From Eledone cirrhosa (taxonomy: Eukaryota), in the NCBI GenBank assembly GCA_964016885.1, contig OZ024741.1, forward strand, positions 387,996,001 to 388,060,000: a DNA stretch of 64,000 bases, written 5' to 3'. The notes beneath the pieces are model-generated. The model saw only the letters and a list, made by a program, of their open reading frames with translations. It made no database searches and was not told the DNA's origin. Below, piece by piece: positions 26,901-37,339 of the stretch. A program made the translations under genes and the position numbers. How positions within the stretch are numbered: position 1 is the stretch's first letter; every line of letters begins with the position of its first letter.

Positions 26901-29900
26901 AACAATGGCAATCAGGAGCGATAATCCCAATTTTCAAAAAGGGAGACAAGAGAGATTGTTTCAATTTCAGAGGGATCTCCTTGTTAAGCCTTCCCGGTAA
27001 AGTCTATGCTAGGTGTCTGGCAAAGAGATGCAGGGAGATTGTCGAATCCAGGCTAGCTGATAAACAGTGCGGTTTTGTCCTGGAAACAGCACAACCGACC
27101 AAATATTCATGGGAGTATTGCCAAGAGGTATATTCTTGTTTTGCCCACCTTGAAAAGGCATATGACTGTGTTCTTCAGGACCTGCTGTGGAAGGTTGTGC
27201 AGGAATATGGGATCAATAGTCAGCTTCTTGCTATATGAATGCATACTGTCACTTCTCCTGTTCATTATTTAGATGAACAGGATTGATATGTGCAGCCGGA
27301 TTGGAAGTGGTATCCTGACTAGCAAGTGTAAAATCAGTTTGCTAGAATTTGCAGACAAAATGGTGTTACAAGTCAACAGAATGTGATCTCCAACTTGCAC
27401 TCGATAGATTTGATGCTGAGTGTTGCATGGCTGGAATGAAAACCAGTGCTGCGAAAACTGAGACATGTGTTCTCTCAAGAAAGCCTATGCAGTGCACTCT
27501 ACATGTGAATGGAGATCTATTGAAGCCTGTAGAGAAGTTAAAGTACCTTAGGGCCATGTTCATGTGTGATGGAAGGCAGGAGGGGCTGAATTAAATACAA
27601 GAATTGCAGGAGCTGATGCAGTAATGCACCAGCTTCAGCATTCAGAAGAAAAGAGGTAGGCATAAAAGCCAAACTCACTATCTTCAATTCGGTATTTGTA
27701 CCAACCCTTACCTATGGTCATGAATCTTGGATAATGACCGAAAGAATATGATTGCGAATACAAGTACTAGATACTTTACCTAGTCTTTCATGGCTTACTA
27801 GCTCTATACGGTCGTTTAAATTTATTAAATAAATAAATAAATGAATAATAAGAGGCCAGCTAAATCTGCATAGGTGTGAACTGTAAATTTCATTTCATTT
27901 CATTTCATTTCATTTTCAACTCATATTGCAAATATTGAAACATAAAATGACAAAACTTTTTTCATTATCAATCAATTTTTACATACCAAATGTAATAACT
28001 TGAAGATTATCCCATTCATTCTCAGCAGTAGATTTGTCAGTGTTGAAATATTTTCTTTCTTCTTGAATTTGACATTCTTGAAGAATATCTGGTCCTGGAC
28101 ATTCCAGAATAAGCAGTGGTTGTGTGTTAGTTGGGACATCTTCATTCATTGCCTTAATAAATGTGGTAGGGTGTAAAGTGGTACAATCTGATTGTGAAGG
28201 TGGCACACAAGTCTCTGAGGAATTTGTGTCTTGAGTGGATGGAAAGTCGATGGATATATTGTCCAAAACATGGATTGGAAAAGAGTCTTGAAAGTTTGAC
28301 TTTGCATATATTTCTTCTAGATGTGGAGGTAACAACTAAATATTTAAATAACAATAACAATAATTAAGTTACTTTAATAAAATTCATTAAATAATACAAA
28401 GTTATATTTTTAAAAATACTGTAATTATTGAATGTTATAGAAGATTGACAAACCCTGAAATTCTTCATAATAAAAAATATCACAGTTACACTTTCCTCTT
28501 TGGTGAATCCCTCTTGAACATCTTCAAGTAAAACTTGAAGAGGAAAATCAGGGGTGAAGAGGGAAGTATTACTTTCAAACCATTTTTCTGAAAGGTGGAT
28601 GAAAATGGTAAGCATAGTCTGAGTGAATGGGCCTGCCTCAAGCATATGCCTGTAAATCAGGGCTGAAGAAGTGAGAGAGAGCACCTGCCATAGCAGTCAG
28701 AGCAGCCCTGGTTTTATAGGGTTTTTCCACGAGTAGCTCTTAGATGTCTCCTCCTGATTGAGGAACAGTTATTGTTAAAATGTTATTGTTATCTCCCTTT
28801 ATTTTACTAAACCTGTTTACATGCAAAACCCACACACCAAGACAAACGTAAACACACACCTAATGTTTTGTCCTGTGCCATCCTTAATGTTTTTCTTAAT
28901 GTAAACCTTTTGTGCTGAATAAAGCAATCATTATAATTGTAGTAAGGAAGTGAAGGGACCTCCCATTGCGTCTCCACATGAGTCTGGACAGAATCTCCTT
29001 GCACAGATGTTCACCTGTTTTACATCCGATCAAAAAATACAGATGCTCACACACAATCATAGCACTTATGAACAAGCACATCCACATGGTACTGCATCCT
29101 GACCAAAGAGAGCATGAAAGACCCGTGAACTGCTGATGTCATGTCACTGGCCCCTCACTTCCGGCAAGACATCCTCTGCACTTTCGGCACCCTAGTCCTA
29201 CACACACTCACACCCGATCTCAAGGATCAATCACACCATATCAAAGTCCATCATCCACCTGGGTGAATGGCATTCCTGTTGTGATCCCCGCACAGTTGGT
29301 GTGGCACTTTCATTCTTCTCTTCTCTAAAGTTTGTCAAATCAATGACTCTATGGACATCCAAGACATGACGTGACATTCTGCTACAGACATGTTGATTCA
29401 GGAATTTACAGCTGTTACTGTTACCTTTCCTCATTGAGATGTGCAACGCTCATTCGGGGGCTTGACCCTGACTTCTTCACCTACTTGTACGAACGCATTC
29501 TCTCTCTTCCACAAGTTGTAATAACATGCACAAATGTCACCATTCATATGTATATATCATATGTGGCACCAAGGAGACATGTTGTACCAGAAAACCACCT
29601 CCAATGGTGAAATGTGACCCCTCTCCCCCATGGCCTTGATCGTGTGATGGTGTCTCTACATGATCCCATTTCCACTTGGTTTATATGCAGCTCTGAAGAA
29701 GCAGCTTACATTACACCCATCAAGCATCTCCTTCAGCACCTCTGAGTGAAATGCTGGGTTGTTATCCATCAACAGTTCATCCAGAGGGCACTGCTCCAAG
29801 AATATCTCTTTCAGTGTCCATGCAATTTCCTCCGCAGACCCCGTCTTCATCTCCCTCCATATTGCTATCCACACCGGTCCGCAATTGACCATTATGAGAT

Positions 29901-32900
29901 ATGTCCCCTGTCAGTAATGTGTCATGTCCACTCCTAATCACTTCTAGTTATTCTCCACTGCGATGCTACCCATCTCATGCATGCCGGGTCAGGGTCCATA
30001 GACTGACATCTGTCACAAGTCCCAACCACTTTCTGGACACTGTGTCTGCTAAAGTCAGAGTCGACTTTCCTGGCTGGGAACAGGGTCCTATCCACTCACA
30101 TATGATGCATGGTATGCAACCTCCTCAACTCCGAGTCACTCAGCCGACACACTGCAGCTATCCCTTTTCTGCATCCTTTGGCACTTCCAGCCAGGCTTTC
30201 TTCACCCAAGTTAGGATGTCCGCCCTATTTTTTCTCCAGGGGCACAAAGACCACACTCAACTTCAGACCAAACTCAGCAGCCAGTTCTCCCAGAGATCTT
30301 GAGCAGTGCTTTATTAACATTTCTGTCACCCCTTCTTGTTCGCACTCTCTTCTCACCGGTAAACACAGATCACGCTCACCCAAGTACAGTGGTTAAATCA
30401 GAAAGTATCTCTATGGTACGCAGCCCCCATCTCAGGGTTAGATATTTCTTGATCAAGGTCACTTATTTTTGTGTTATCATCATTAGTGAAGAGATTAAAA
30501 TCATCTATATAGAAGAGATGGCTGAAAAGGCTATCTTTAATTTTGTAGCCACAGGTAGAATTTCTTAGTTCATGAGAAAGAGAAATTAATGTTATACAGA
30601 AGAGGCGGCGGATAATCAATCTCCCTGGAATATTCCTGTGTATCGAGATTTCTTCTGAATTTGCTGTTTTTCAAGAGTTGTTTTCCATGACTCCATACTT
30701 TATTTCAAGACATTTATAATTTTGGGGGATATTTTGTAAATCTCAAGAGAGCACTTTACACAATAATTTCAATTTCATTATTACTGAAGGGCGGTGAATT
30801 GGCAGTATCGGTAGAGGGTTGGATGCCATGCTTTCTAGCATAGTTACGTCCCTTTGCAGTCTGAGTTCAAATCCCGCCGAGGTAACTTTGCCTTTGATCC
30901 TTACGGGGTCGATAAAATAAAGTACCAGTAATGCACTAGGTAATTGCTGGCCTTGTGCCAAAAGTAGAAACAATTATTATTGAAGTATCTGTGAATGGGG
31001 GACACTTTTTATAGTCTATATATGGAGGCACATGGCTTAGTGGTTAGAGCATTGGCTTTGCAATCGAAAGGTTGTGAGTTCAATTCTCAGACCGGGTGAT
31101 GTCTTGTTTCCTTGAGCAAGACACTTTATTTCACATTGCCCCAGTTTACTCAGCTGGAGAAATGAGATGATAGGACTGGAGTCCCTATCATTCCACTGCA
31201 AAGCTGTCGTGTAGGCGCCACGGAAAAAAAGCACCCAACACTCACTGTAAATGAGGTTGGTGTTAGGAAGGGCATCCAGTTGTAGAAATCAAGCCAGAAT
31301 CAGTTCCCGTCCCACCCTTGCAAGCAGGGAAAAGCGGACGTAAAATAACAATGATGATGATATAGGCTGTGCTGAGACTTCTTTTCTTTGTAGAGCAGTT
31401 TTCCAGTATCATTTTGTTTATTAATAGTTGGTCCTTACAACCATATGATCCCTGCCTGCACCCCTTTTGTTCTATTGGTAAGATATTGTTTTCCTGTAGA
31501 AATGAGTACACAAGATCTGTCATTATTGATGTTAAGGGTTTATATGTAGTGGACAAGCATGTTATTGGTCTGTAATTCTTAGGTTTGTCAGGCTCTTCAT
31601 TTTGTGGTAAGAGAAACGTTATACCTTTAGAAGAATGGTATTAGTACAGATAATAATTGTTGTTGAAATAACAAGAATGGCTTTTTGGTTTATATACAAA
31701 GGTTTACTTCATTGAAGTCAAAGAAAGGACAATAAACATATTACCACTAGTTGTGAAGGTTGACGATGGAGTGGTGTGGTTGGTTCATGAGGCTGTTGGT
31801 AGTAAAAAGAGTTGCTTTTAACATGTTCACTGGAGTAGGATGGTATTTGCACTCCACGTGTCGTGGGTGAAGGCTGAAGTGGAGGAGGCGAAGTCGCCTC
31901 CGTTCTCCAGGGCTGCTGCAGGTAAAAAGAGATAGAGTGCTCTCGCTGTCTCAATATATAGTCTCCATGGGGATGTAACTCCAATTACCTCTTGTGGTTG
32001 ACACTAGGGGTCACTAGTCCCCAAGGGACGTAACTCTCATGAGTTCTGGATTTCACCGCTAGGGGTCACTACATACCCTTTGTGGTCATGGCCATGTGAC
32101 TTCCATTTCTGAGATTTATTTAAAGCAAATTTGATATTTTCTTTTGTGATATTACTCTGTAGTAAGCAAAGGCACTACTTACTGTGGCGGAACAATTGGG
32201 TTGCGATTGGTAAATCGCCGGGCGTCTAAGTTGGCAGCGTAGAAATACAGAGAAACAACTTCCGCCTAACTAAAAAATTTGCGCCTTTTTTTTTGCAATT
32301 TTGCATTCACTTTGTTTGATTTGTGTTAATTTTTACATAGTTTGACTACTTGCTTCTTTTTTCAGCATTTTGGTTCTTGCGTTACCTTTTCAAATATTTT
32401 CTCATTCTTATACACATGCTTTTTTTTTTACTTCAAAGAGTTGCAGCTTCTCCTCTGAACAAGCAGGACATTATATAAATCCCTTCCTTGGAGCAACTGG
32501 CCAGATGAAACATTTACCAAAGGACTTTGGCCCTCTTGGTAAGGGCCCAGCAACCTCTTACCTAGATATATGTCACAATGTCGCCTAGCATTTTATTGTA
32601 ATATTTTAAGCATTTTCCTTCCTTATACGTCTACACGGACTACCAACATTACACACGCAGCCTTACACATCATCTCTTTTGGATCATATCTACCCCAATA
32701 TGAAATACAGTGAACAACCAAAAATATTATTCTAAAGAACCTATCAGCTAAAACTCCACTCTTGTATTGGTATATCCCTCATCTGTACCTTCTGCTGTTC
32801 AATCCATTCAAATCCCACTGAGGTTTGCCTTGCTTTTCATCCTTACGGGGTCAATAAAATAAAGCACCAGTAACACACTGGGGTCGATTTAAGTGACTTT

Positions 32901-33393
32901 AACTCCCCCCCCCCCATATCGTTGGCCTTGTACCTAAATCAGAAACCATTATTTACAGTGATTGGTTATTATTATAGTCATTTATGTCAGAACACCACAC
33001 ACATTTCAAATTCGAAATTTTCCCAATGCTTCCTAAATGAATTGCTTTGTTTCCAAAAAGTAATGTTTTTTTCTCACTTTGGTAGTTTATCTTTAGCAAT
33101 ATATTTCAATATTCCTGAACCAGAAATATAAATTGAGCCAGTCCAAAACAAGAGAAAAAAAAAAAAACTACTTCACATAAGAAGATAAAATAACTTACTT
33201 TTGAATTGGGTCCATTTTTATCACTTTCTGTAAATATGATTTCATCAGGTGAGATGACATTAAAAGCATCATCATTATCATCACCATCATTATCATTAAT
33301 AGCAATATCAGCAGCAATACCATCATTATCATCACAACCAATCTTACCATCACAGAGGTAGTCAGCTTGCCTTGAAGACTTTTTGCTGAACAT
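4120..33393 (-). CDS. ELMOD3: ELMO domain-containing protein 3-like (ARF/ARL GTPase-activating protein), 9 coding exons: 33393-33199, 28335-27987, 23755-23717, 19180-19086, 16070-15824, 14414-14284, 10996-10920, 6364-6237, 4301-4120
   Basis: Hand-spliced exons all have AG/GT boundaries and consistent phases (0,1,1,0,1,0,2,1). Total 1443 nt = 480 aa + stop. Contains the ELMOD GAP signature [30 protein letters not shown] plus FLFGPPKL, NFPFCVMGLNVT, KTIVDSGFVLK and FTGVSDL, which I recognise from ELMOD3. The three N-terminal exons rest on splice/phase logic only. Confidence 0.9.
4330..4580. mobile_element. AT-rich MITE-like repeat (TTAAcc...ggTTAA-type ends); related pieces at ~9070-9250, ~19210-19335, 46077-46170
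   Basis: Shared TTTTCAAATAATTTTGAAAATAATCAAA core in several copies. Confidence 0.55.
4730..5292 (-). mobile_element. RTE-BovB-like LINE 3' end with three C2H2 zinc fingers
   Basis: KDVIKDNLKSLNID..WERLAQ.R.SWR followed by CNICGQFF..H..SH, ECGLIFKSAGGLTRH..VH and CHICERTCKTKVGLKSHLRSH. Confidence 0.8.
5380..5682 (+). mobile_element. R4/Dong-like non-LTR element, restriction-like endonuclease fragment
   Basis: CTVVKVSCPADANI...IPVVIGALG; a similar fragment (HNWPDIVVWD..VVEISC) lies on the minus strand at ~59110-59360. Confidence 0.7.
6237..6364 (-). CDS. ELMOD3: ELMOD3-like exon 8 (LCNKQGDVISVVN...TIVDSGFVLK)
   Basis: ttcag acceptor, AAG|GTAAAA donor, DSGFVLK motif. Confidence 0.92.
6850..8845. 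repeat. Intronic satellite, ~14 units of 141 bp (3 x 47-bp diverged monomers)
   Basis: GCCATACTGC recurs at 6960, 7101, 7241, 7381, 7504, 7644, 7785, 7926, 8067, 8208, 8349, 8490, 8631, 8772. Confidence 0.97.
9255..9705 (+). repeat. About four tandem diverged copies of an RTE/SINE 3'-tail segment, ending in (GAT)n
   Basis: GAGCAAGG..CAG..CAACTGGCCAGAC..CATAA-like blocks recur at ~9262, 9365, 9443, 9588. Confidence 0.6.
10255..10872 (+). mobile_element. Probable L1/Tx1-like LINE 3' end; related segment at ~28488-28700
   Basis: Remnant ORF ..FLCLIAVVKEVEWWT*LKGL, then a UTR ending AATAATAAAG. Confidence 0.5.
10920..10996 (-). CDS. ELMOD3: ELMOD3-like exon 7 (NFPFCVMGLNVTKLVLQALRSDRLN)
   Basis: ttttgtag acceptor, GTAGGT donor, conserved FPFC motif. 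Confidence 0.92.
11745..13833 (+). mobile_element. Old degenerate copy of the PHD-RTE LINE, internally deleted
   Basis: Similar to 49642-51684 with many stops; ends in a (GAT)n-like tail. Confidence 0.88.
14284..14414 (-). CDS. ELMOD3: ELMOD3-like exon 6 ([22 protein letters not shown]...HKTQ)
   Basis: tacag acceptor, CAG|GTATTT donor, carries the catalytic Arg motif. Confidence 0.93.
14975..15525 (+). mobile_element. Penelope-like element remnant: GIY-YIG fragment between inverted repeats, followed by a hammerhead-like motif
   Basis: YIGSKTRVLHTHIKEH...LRIKEALFI..LNPQINNRVEL; inverted repeats ~14976-15066 and ~15385-15480; CTGAAGA-aGGGA..TCCC-aAAA..GTC at 15484-15520. Confidence 0.75.
15824..16070 (-). 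CDS. ELMOD3: ELMOD3-like exon 5 (PKIHMSIERKGL...HWEEIGFQ)
   Basis: ttcag acceptor, AG|GTACGT donor, first half of the ELMO GAP motif. Confidence 0.93.
17040..18810 (+). mobile_element. Old degenerate PHD-RTE family copy (APE endonuclease + RT N-terminal part)
   Basis: ISAYAPQSG, GDFNGH, MQFGFV..KST.DA, LEKAFDRVP; many stops. Confidence 0.88.
19086..19180 (-). CDS. ELMOD3: ELMOD3-like exon 4 (DKGDVPLD...EALEHFQSIDMSYLK)
   Basis: ttttag acceptor, AAG|GTAAAT donor; resembles ELMOD3 ALQHFQTVDLS. Confidence 0.88.
19395..19512. repeat. Minisatellite (GAGAGAGGGTTATAATATATA)-like, about 5 copies
   Basis: Visible directly in the sequence. Confidence 0.85.
19742..20028. mobile_element. hAT-type MITE
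   Basis: CAGTG.. / ..CTG ends flanked by an 8-bp TSD TTCTAAAA (19734-19741 and 20029-20036). Confidence 0.7.
21270..23033 (-). mobile_element. tRNA/CORE-type SINE with RTE tail, split by a CR1 insertion
   Basis: The pieces 21270-21564 and 22952-23033 join to match the copies at 31024-31360 and 58149-58556. Confidence 0.8.
21565..22951 (-). mobile_element. 5'-truncated CR1-clade LINE
   Basis: [41 protein letters not shown]; (ATT)n tail; TSD AAATAA. Confidence 0.93.
23717..23755 (-). CDS. ELMOD3: ELMOD3-like exon 3, 39-nt microexon (ESEDSKRDIYIKH)
   Basis: tttttcag acceptor, G|GTAAGA donor, phase 1-1, open frame. Confidence 0.6.
24086..24275 (-). mobile_element. tRNA-derived SINE, family 1 (~190 bp)
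   Basis: A-box TGGCAGTATCGG, B-box GAGTTCAAATCC, central GCCTTTCATCCTTACGGGGTCGATAAAATAAAGTACCAG. Confidence 0.85.
24936..25140. mobile_element. TTAA-flanked MITE (piggyBac/Kolobok-like)
   Basis: TTAACCCATTAG ... TAAAGGGTTAA termini. Confidence 0.5.
25820..27765 (+). mobile_element. Degenerate RTE LINE (third family) with inverted 5' endonuclease segment (25820-~26160 on the minus strand)
   Basis: IYAPN, GDFNVHVG on the minus strand; IIPIFKKGD, GISLLSLPGKVY, LEKAYD on the plus strand; another copy at ~56360-56990. Confidence 0.85.
27987..28335 (-). CDS. ELMOD3: ELMOD3-like exon 2 (LLPPHLEEIY...AENEWDNLQVITF)
   Basis: tttag acceptor, GTATGT donor, 349 nt open frame. Confidence 0.8.
28938..30440 (-). 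mobile_element. Gypsy-type LTR retrotransposon remnant (integrase + probable 3' LTR ~28938-29200)
   Basis: Integrase homologous to 37790-38770 (LMDNNPAF, GNGIM); GATCCTTGAGATC motif next to TGTAG LTR start. Confidence 0.8.
30788..30980 (+). mobile_element. tRNA-derived SINE, family 1
   Basis: Closely matches the reverse complement of 24086-24275. Confidence 0.87.
31024..31360 (+). mobile_element. tRNA/CORE-type SINE, family 2, with RTE-derived tail
   Basis: A-box TGGCTTAGTGG, B-box GAGTTCAATTC, CORE-like TCCTTGAGCAAGACACTT; tail matches the RTE 3' UTR; (GAT)n end. Confidence 0.85.
33199..33393 (-). CDS. ELMOD3: ELMOD3-like coding exon 1 (MFSKKSSRQADYLC...DKNGPNSK), acidic
   Basis: cttcag|ATG acceptor, GTAAGT donor, 195 nt, phase 0 matches the next exon. 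Implies an upstream exon (probably non-coding). Confidence 0.7.
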
Positions 33394-33884
33394 CTGAAGA
33401 ATAAAGGTTAGGATTGCCAACATAACAACTTGAAATATTTTCCAAATTTGAAATCTATGAAAAACATAAATTATCGATGTTTCACTTACAAAGTATGTGG
33501 GACTCTCATAAGAAGAGATAACGTTTGAGAGATCCTTATAATACTCCATGAAGATGGGATGAGGTGACATTTTTTAAAGGGAGATAAGAAAAAAAATCGC
33601 AAGTCAACTTATTGTGTTGATCTGTCATCTTTTATTAACATTTTTTTTTATTGCCAGGATATCTAAGTCTATATGATGGCATAATAGTAATATATTTATA
33701 ATTGGCTAATGGTGTTGGATAACATAGACCATTTGATTGGTGAGATACAATGAAGTATTCGTCTACATATGTAAGCCAGATGAGGTTCTGGCCAGTCTGA
33801 GAGATCAGTGGCTCCAATGAAGTACTGGCTTGATCTGTGATGACCTGCCCAACCAGTGGTAGCAGGGAGAATGGCCGTAAAATA

Positions 33885-34075
33885 ATTATTTCTACTTTTG
33901 GCACAAGGCCGACAATTATCCCAGTGCATTACTGGTACTTTATTTTATCGACCTCGTAAGAATGAAAGGCAAAGTTAACCTCGGCGGGATTTGAACTCAG
34001 ACCATAAAGGGCTGTAACTCTTTGCTGCAAAACATGGCGCCCGACCTTCTACCGATACTGCCAATCCACCGCCCT
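33885..34075 (-). mobile_element. tRNA SINE family 1 with TSD CGTAAAATAATT
   Basis: Family match; flanking duplication. Confidence 0.85.
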
Positions 34076-34634
34076 GGACGTAAAATAATTATCACTAACG
34101 TAATTGAATACCGCCACCACTGTCGTCAATAGATAGGGGTGACACTTCCACCTCCCTGCTTCTCAATGGAGCATCCTCAGATTGATAAAATAGAATTCAT
34201 TAAAATAAATCCTGAAAAACGTTCCTTGTAAAAGAGTGACCACCCGAAATGTTTTGAAACCCCGTCACTCTTCCTCCCAGCTAGGTGACGGGCCTGGTTC
34301 AAATTCATAAAAAATGGCATACTGTACTAAAAAGAGAAGAACAAACACATTTAATAATGCAATCCCTGATATACAAACTGAGAGGATGGTTATAGCCAGT
34401 TTGTGCCGAGTTTACGTCTCACAGTACGCCACGAAAAATACAACACAATACACATCAAAAGTGACTAAAAGCGCCGTTCCTTCCGTGGCGGACCCTCCCC
34501 TCCCCATTTTCTATTTACGCTACTGGTTACAGTTGGAATACAGTAGCGTATTTTTGTGTGATATATAATTTATTTGTTTTAAATATACACATACATAAAT
34601 AACATTACAAATTGCTCACAATTTTTTAAGAAAT

Positions 34635-34639
<5 letters not shown>

Positions 34640-34665
<26 letters not shown>

Positions 34666-35035
34666 GTCTAACGTCCATCTTCTACGCTAGCATGGGTTTG
34701 GATGGGAATTTTCCCACTTGAAGCAAGATTGGTTGTCTTGCTCGTATAGGACTGTCTGGCGGGTTTTCTACGGCTGGATGCCCTTCCTAACACCAACCAC
34801 ATTTACAGTGTGGGTCTGGGAGGTTTTTACCGTGTTGCCTACACGGCCACATTACAGCGTGGACTGTGTTTTTTTTGTCGTGACACCTACACGACCTCAT
34901 TTGTTTCGGACTGGATGCTGTGGTACCAACATAACTTTACTTTGGAAGGCGTGGTGTGGATGGGGTGGGGGTAGTGGGGCCGGGTGTATTTTTGTTAGAG
35001 GTGCTTACTGACTGTAGGTTTCGCTTTGTAAACAT
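34640..35035 (-). mobile_element. 3'-UTR-only copy of the young PHD-RTE family
   Basis: Matches 49272-49640 and 52184-52560; (CAT)n on the plus strand. Confidence 0.85.
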
Positions 35036-35159
35036 AAATATAAACACATATAATAAATACAGTAACTATGCTATGAACCTCACAAATATAACACACCAAA
35101 ATGATGAGAGCGAGAGAAAGAAAAAGAAGGGAAACAAAAACAAAAACGACCATCAATTC

Positions 35160-36000
35160 GCAACCAAGTGTGACAATATTTTGAGGCAAGCCAAAATTAC
35201 CACTGGTGATGGCGAGGCTAAGGCACTGAAACAACCAGGCACCTTCACGGGCATCACCTGACACCTCAGTAAGGCGATGCCAATGATGACAAGAACTTCG
35301 CTGTCAGCGGCCCAACTCCACCAAACGCCTCGAACGGTACAGGTTGGAAAAAATAATTGTTGGATAGATCCTGGTATTTTCGGATTTTATTCCGTTCGGC
35401 ATCCATGATGTGGGAGCAAAAGAATCATTGACTGTAGTATCCCAGATGAGACACCTGCCTCTTACTCTGGGACAAAGGGTAAGGGCGTCTGGTCTCTTCC
35501 CACCATTTCTGGATAATCAAGTCGGCTCCAAAACTGAGTGGCCCGTTTAATGATCAGGTTTAGCTCCCCCAGATACCAGACATTCAAATCCAGGTCAACT
35601 CCCATCTTGGTAACGTCATCAATGCCCAGTGCGAAAAGAGCAGGTCCGAGAGGGTCGCCCTGTTGGACCCCAGTGGCAGATAGGAAGAAATGGTCATGGA
35701 AGGAGAGGTAGGAGGCTCCCAATAGGCTTGCCAAGCAAAGTGGTAAAGCTGAGGGCCTCTCTCCTTTTCTGAACGAAGGATGGCATACCGACTGTTGGAA
35801 TTGAAAGCATTCTTGAGATCTAGATTGATGATAACCTTGGGGGTTTCAGAAGGTAAGTTGGTAAGATCTCTGGTGGCGTGAGCGGCGGCCTCACAGCCGA
35901 GCTTGGTACCCACCCCTAGCTGAATAGTGGAAAATTTGGCGAACAGGCTGTCTGAAATCAAAGACTTTCGCAGTAACCAGTCGCAGTGTGCACCCAACTG
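35160..36000 (-). mobile_element. CRE-clade non-LTR retrotransposon remnant (RT + restriction-like endonuclease)
   Basis: QLGVGTKLGCEAAAHA, LDLKNAFNS, GVQQGDPLGPALF, NVWYL, GRCLIWDTT, CLSLAITSGN. Confidence 0.8.
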
Positions 36001-36149
36001 CTATAGAGTGGATGTCATCATTAAGCTTTGTGAAGCCAAACAGTTTAGCCCCAAAGAACAGGGGGGGGGGGGGTTGAAAAAGAGGGTCTTTATTAAGGCA
36101 TATATTACCGTCAACATATTACAAATAGGAAGAGAAAAAAAGAAAGAAA

Positions 36150-36905
36150 AAGTAAAGGAAAAAAAAAGAGAAAAAAACACACACACAAGCAGGTAATACA
36201 CACATCTAGGACCACATACAATAAAAGGCAGGCGAATGGGGTGGACAAACAAACTGCTGCCAGAGCAAAAGATAACAATATTGTGAGGGGCACTGGGAAA
36301 CCTCTCTAATAATTTTTGAGGCAGGCCAGCAAGCTCGCAGCGTTACCTCGGGTGATGGCGAGGTGGATGAGCTGGAACAACCAAGCGCCCTCACGAGCTT
36401 CAACAGTTACCTCGGTTAGGCGAGCCGATAAGGGAGGACATTCTTGGACGAGAACAGGTTAATTTATCTGGCGTTAAACCATAACGCGCACTTAATTGTT
36501 AATACTTATATTCTTAAAATTGAAAAAAAAAAAAAATTGGCTCATTTAATCAAAGATTATTTTCATTATCTTTTTCTTAATGAAAATTAGGCAGAATTTT
36601 GTGAAAAGTTAGTGTTGTTATTCAGAAAACTTTATTTCGTTTGCATTTATAATAACAGGAATTCATTAGATATTATAAACATGGTGTTTTACACCACTTA
36701 ATTATTGCTAGGAACCTTATAAATATAACACACAAAAATATATAATGAAAACGACCCCCCCTCCCACAAAAAAAAAAACATTAATTCAACACTAAGTGCG
36801 TGAAACGGTCACAACCACAAGGGGCATCGGAACCTCTAATACTTTTTGAGGCAAGCCAACACGCTTGTAGCATTACCGCGGGTGATGGCGAGGCTAAGGT
36901 GCTGT
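36150..36905 (-). mobile_element. Two further CRE 3'-end fragments (36150-36430, 36820-36905)
   Basis: Shared GGTGATGGCGAGG core. Confidence 0.7.
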
Positions 36906-37339
36906 TTTGTTTACATAGCAAACCTATTACATATGGTATATATCTCTTTATATATTTTGTGTTAACCAATTATCTTATACAATATTTATAATCTCTTTTT
37001 CTCCCCCCCCCCCCCATCTCTCTCTCTATATAGACCATACTAGTGAAAAAAAAAGAGATAACAAATATATTTTTCTCGTTAAACTTACTATATGAAAATC
37101 TGTGTCCAATGGCTCTATAGCAACTTAGTGTCGTCGTCAGCAACAATTGTCAGGGAGACATTTTGACGCTGCCTAATACAGAAGTGAATAATTCTCTAAT
37201 AGCCATTGGTTAAGAGACTAATTAAGTGCTATGGCAACTAAAATGTCAGTATCTGACTGAAACCCATTCAATAAAACATTGGATAATGATGGTGATGATG
37301 ATGTTGTTTATTCTCTATATCAACACTGATGCTTTTTCT

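Larger units (their letters stand above)
30440..31632 (-). mobile_element. R4/Dong-like RT fragments (30440-30725, 31365-31632) interrupted by two SINEs
   Basis: EQKGCRQGSYGCKDQLLINKMILE; SHLFYIDDF. Confidence 0.75.

Noticed and set aside
30788-31100. tRNA genes
   Set aside because: A/B boxes are present, but there is no cloverleaf and they continue into multi-copy SINE bodies
32150-32290. Promoter-like patch (GATTGG, ACTTCCGC, CpGs) in the first ELMOD3 coding intron
   Set aside because: No associated exon or element identified; short motifs alone are insufficient
33394-33570. N-terminal extension MSPHPIFMEYY... of ORF 33106-33570 as the ELMOD3 start
   Set aside because: A good acceptor (ttcttcag) lies directly before ATG 33393 and the upstream part looks intronic; cannot be fully excluded without RNA data
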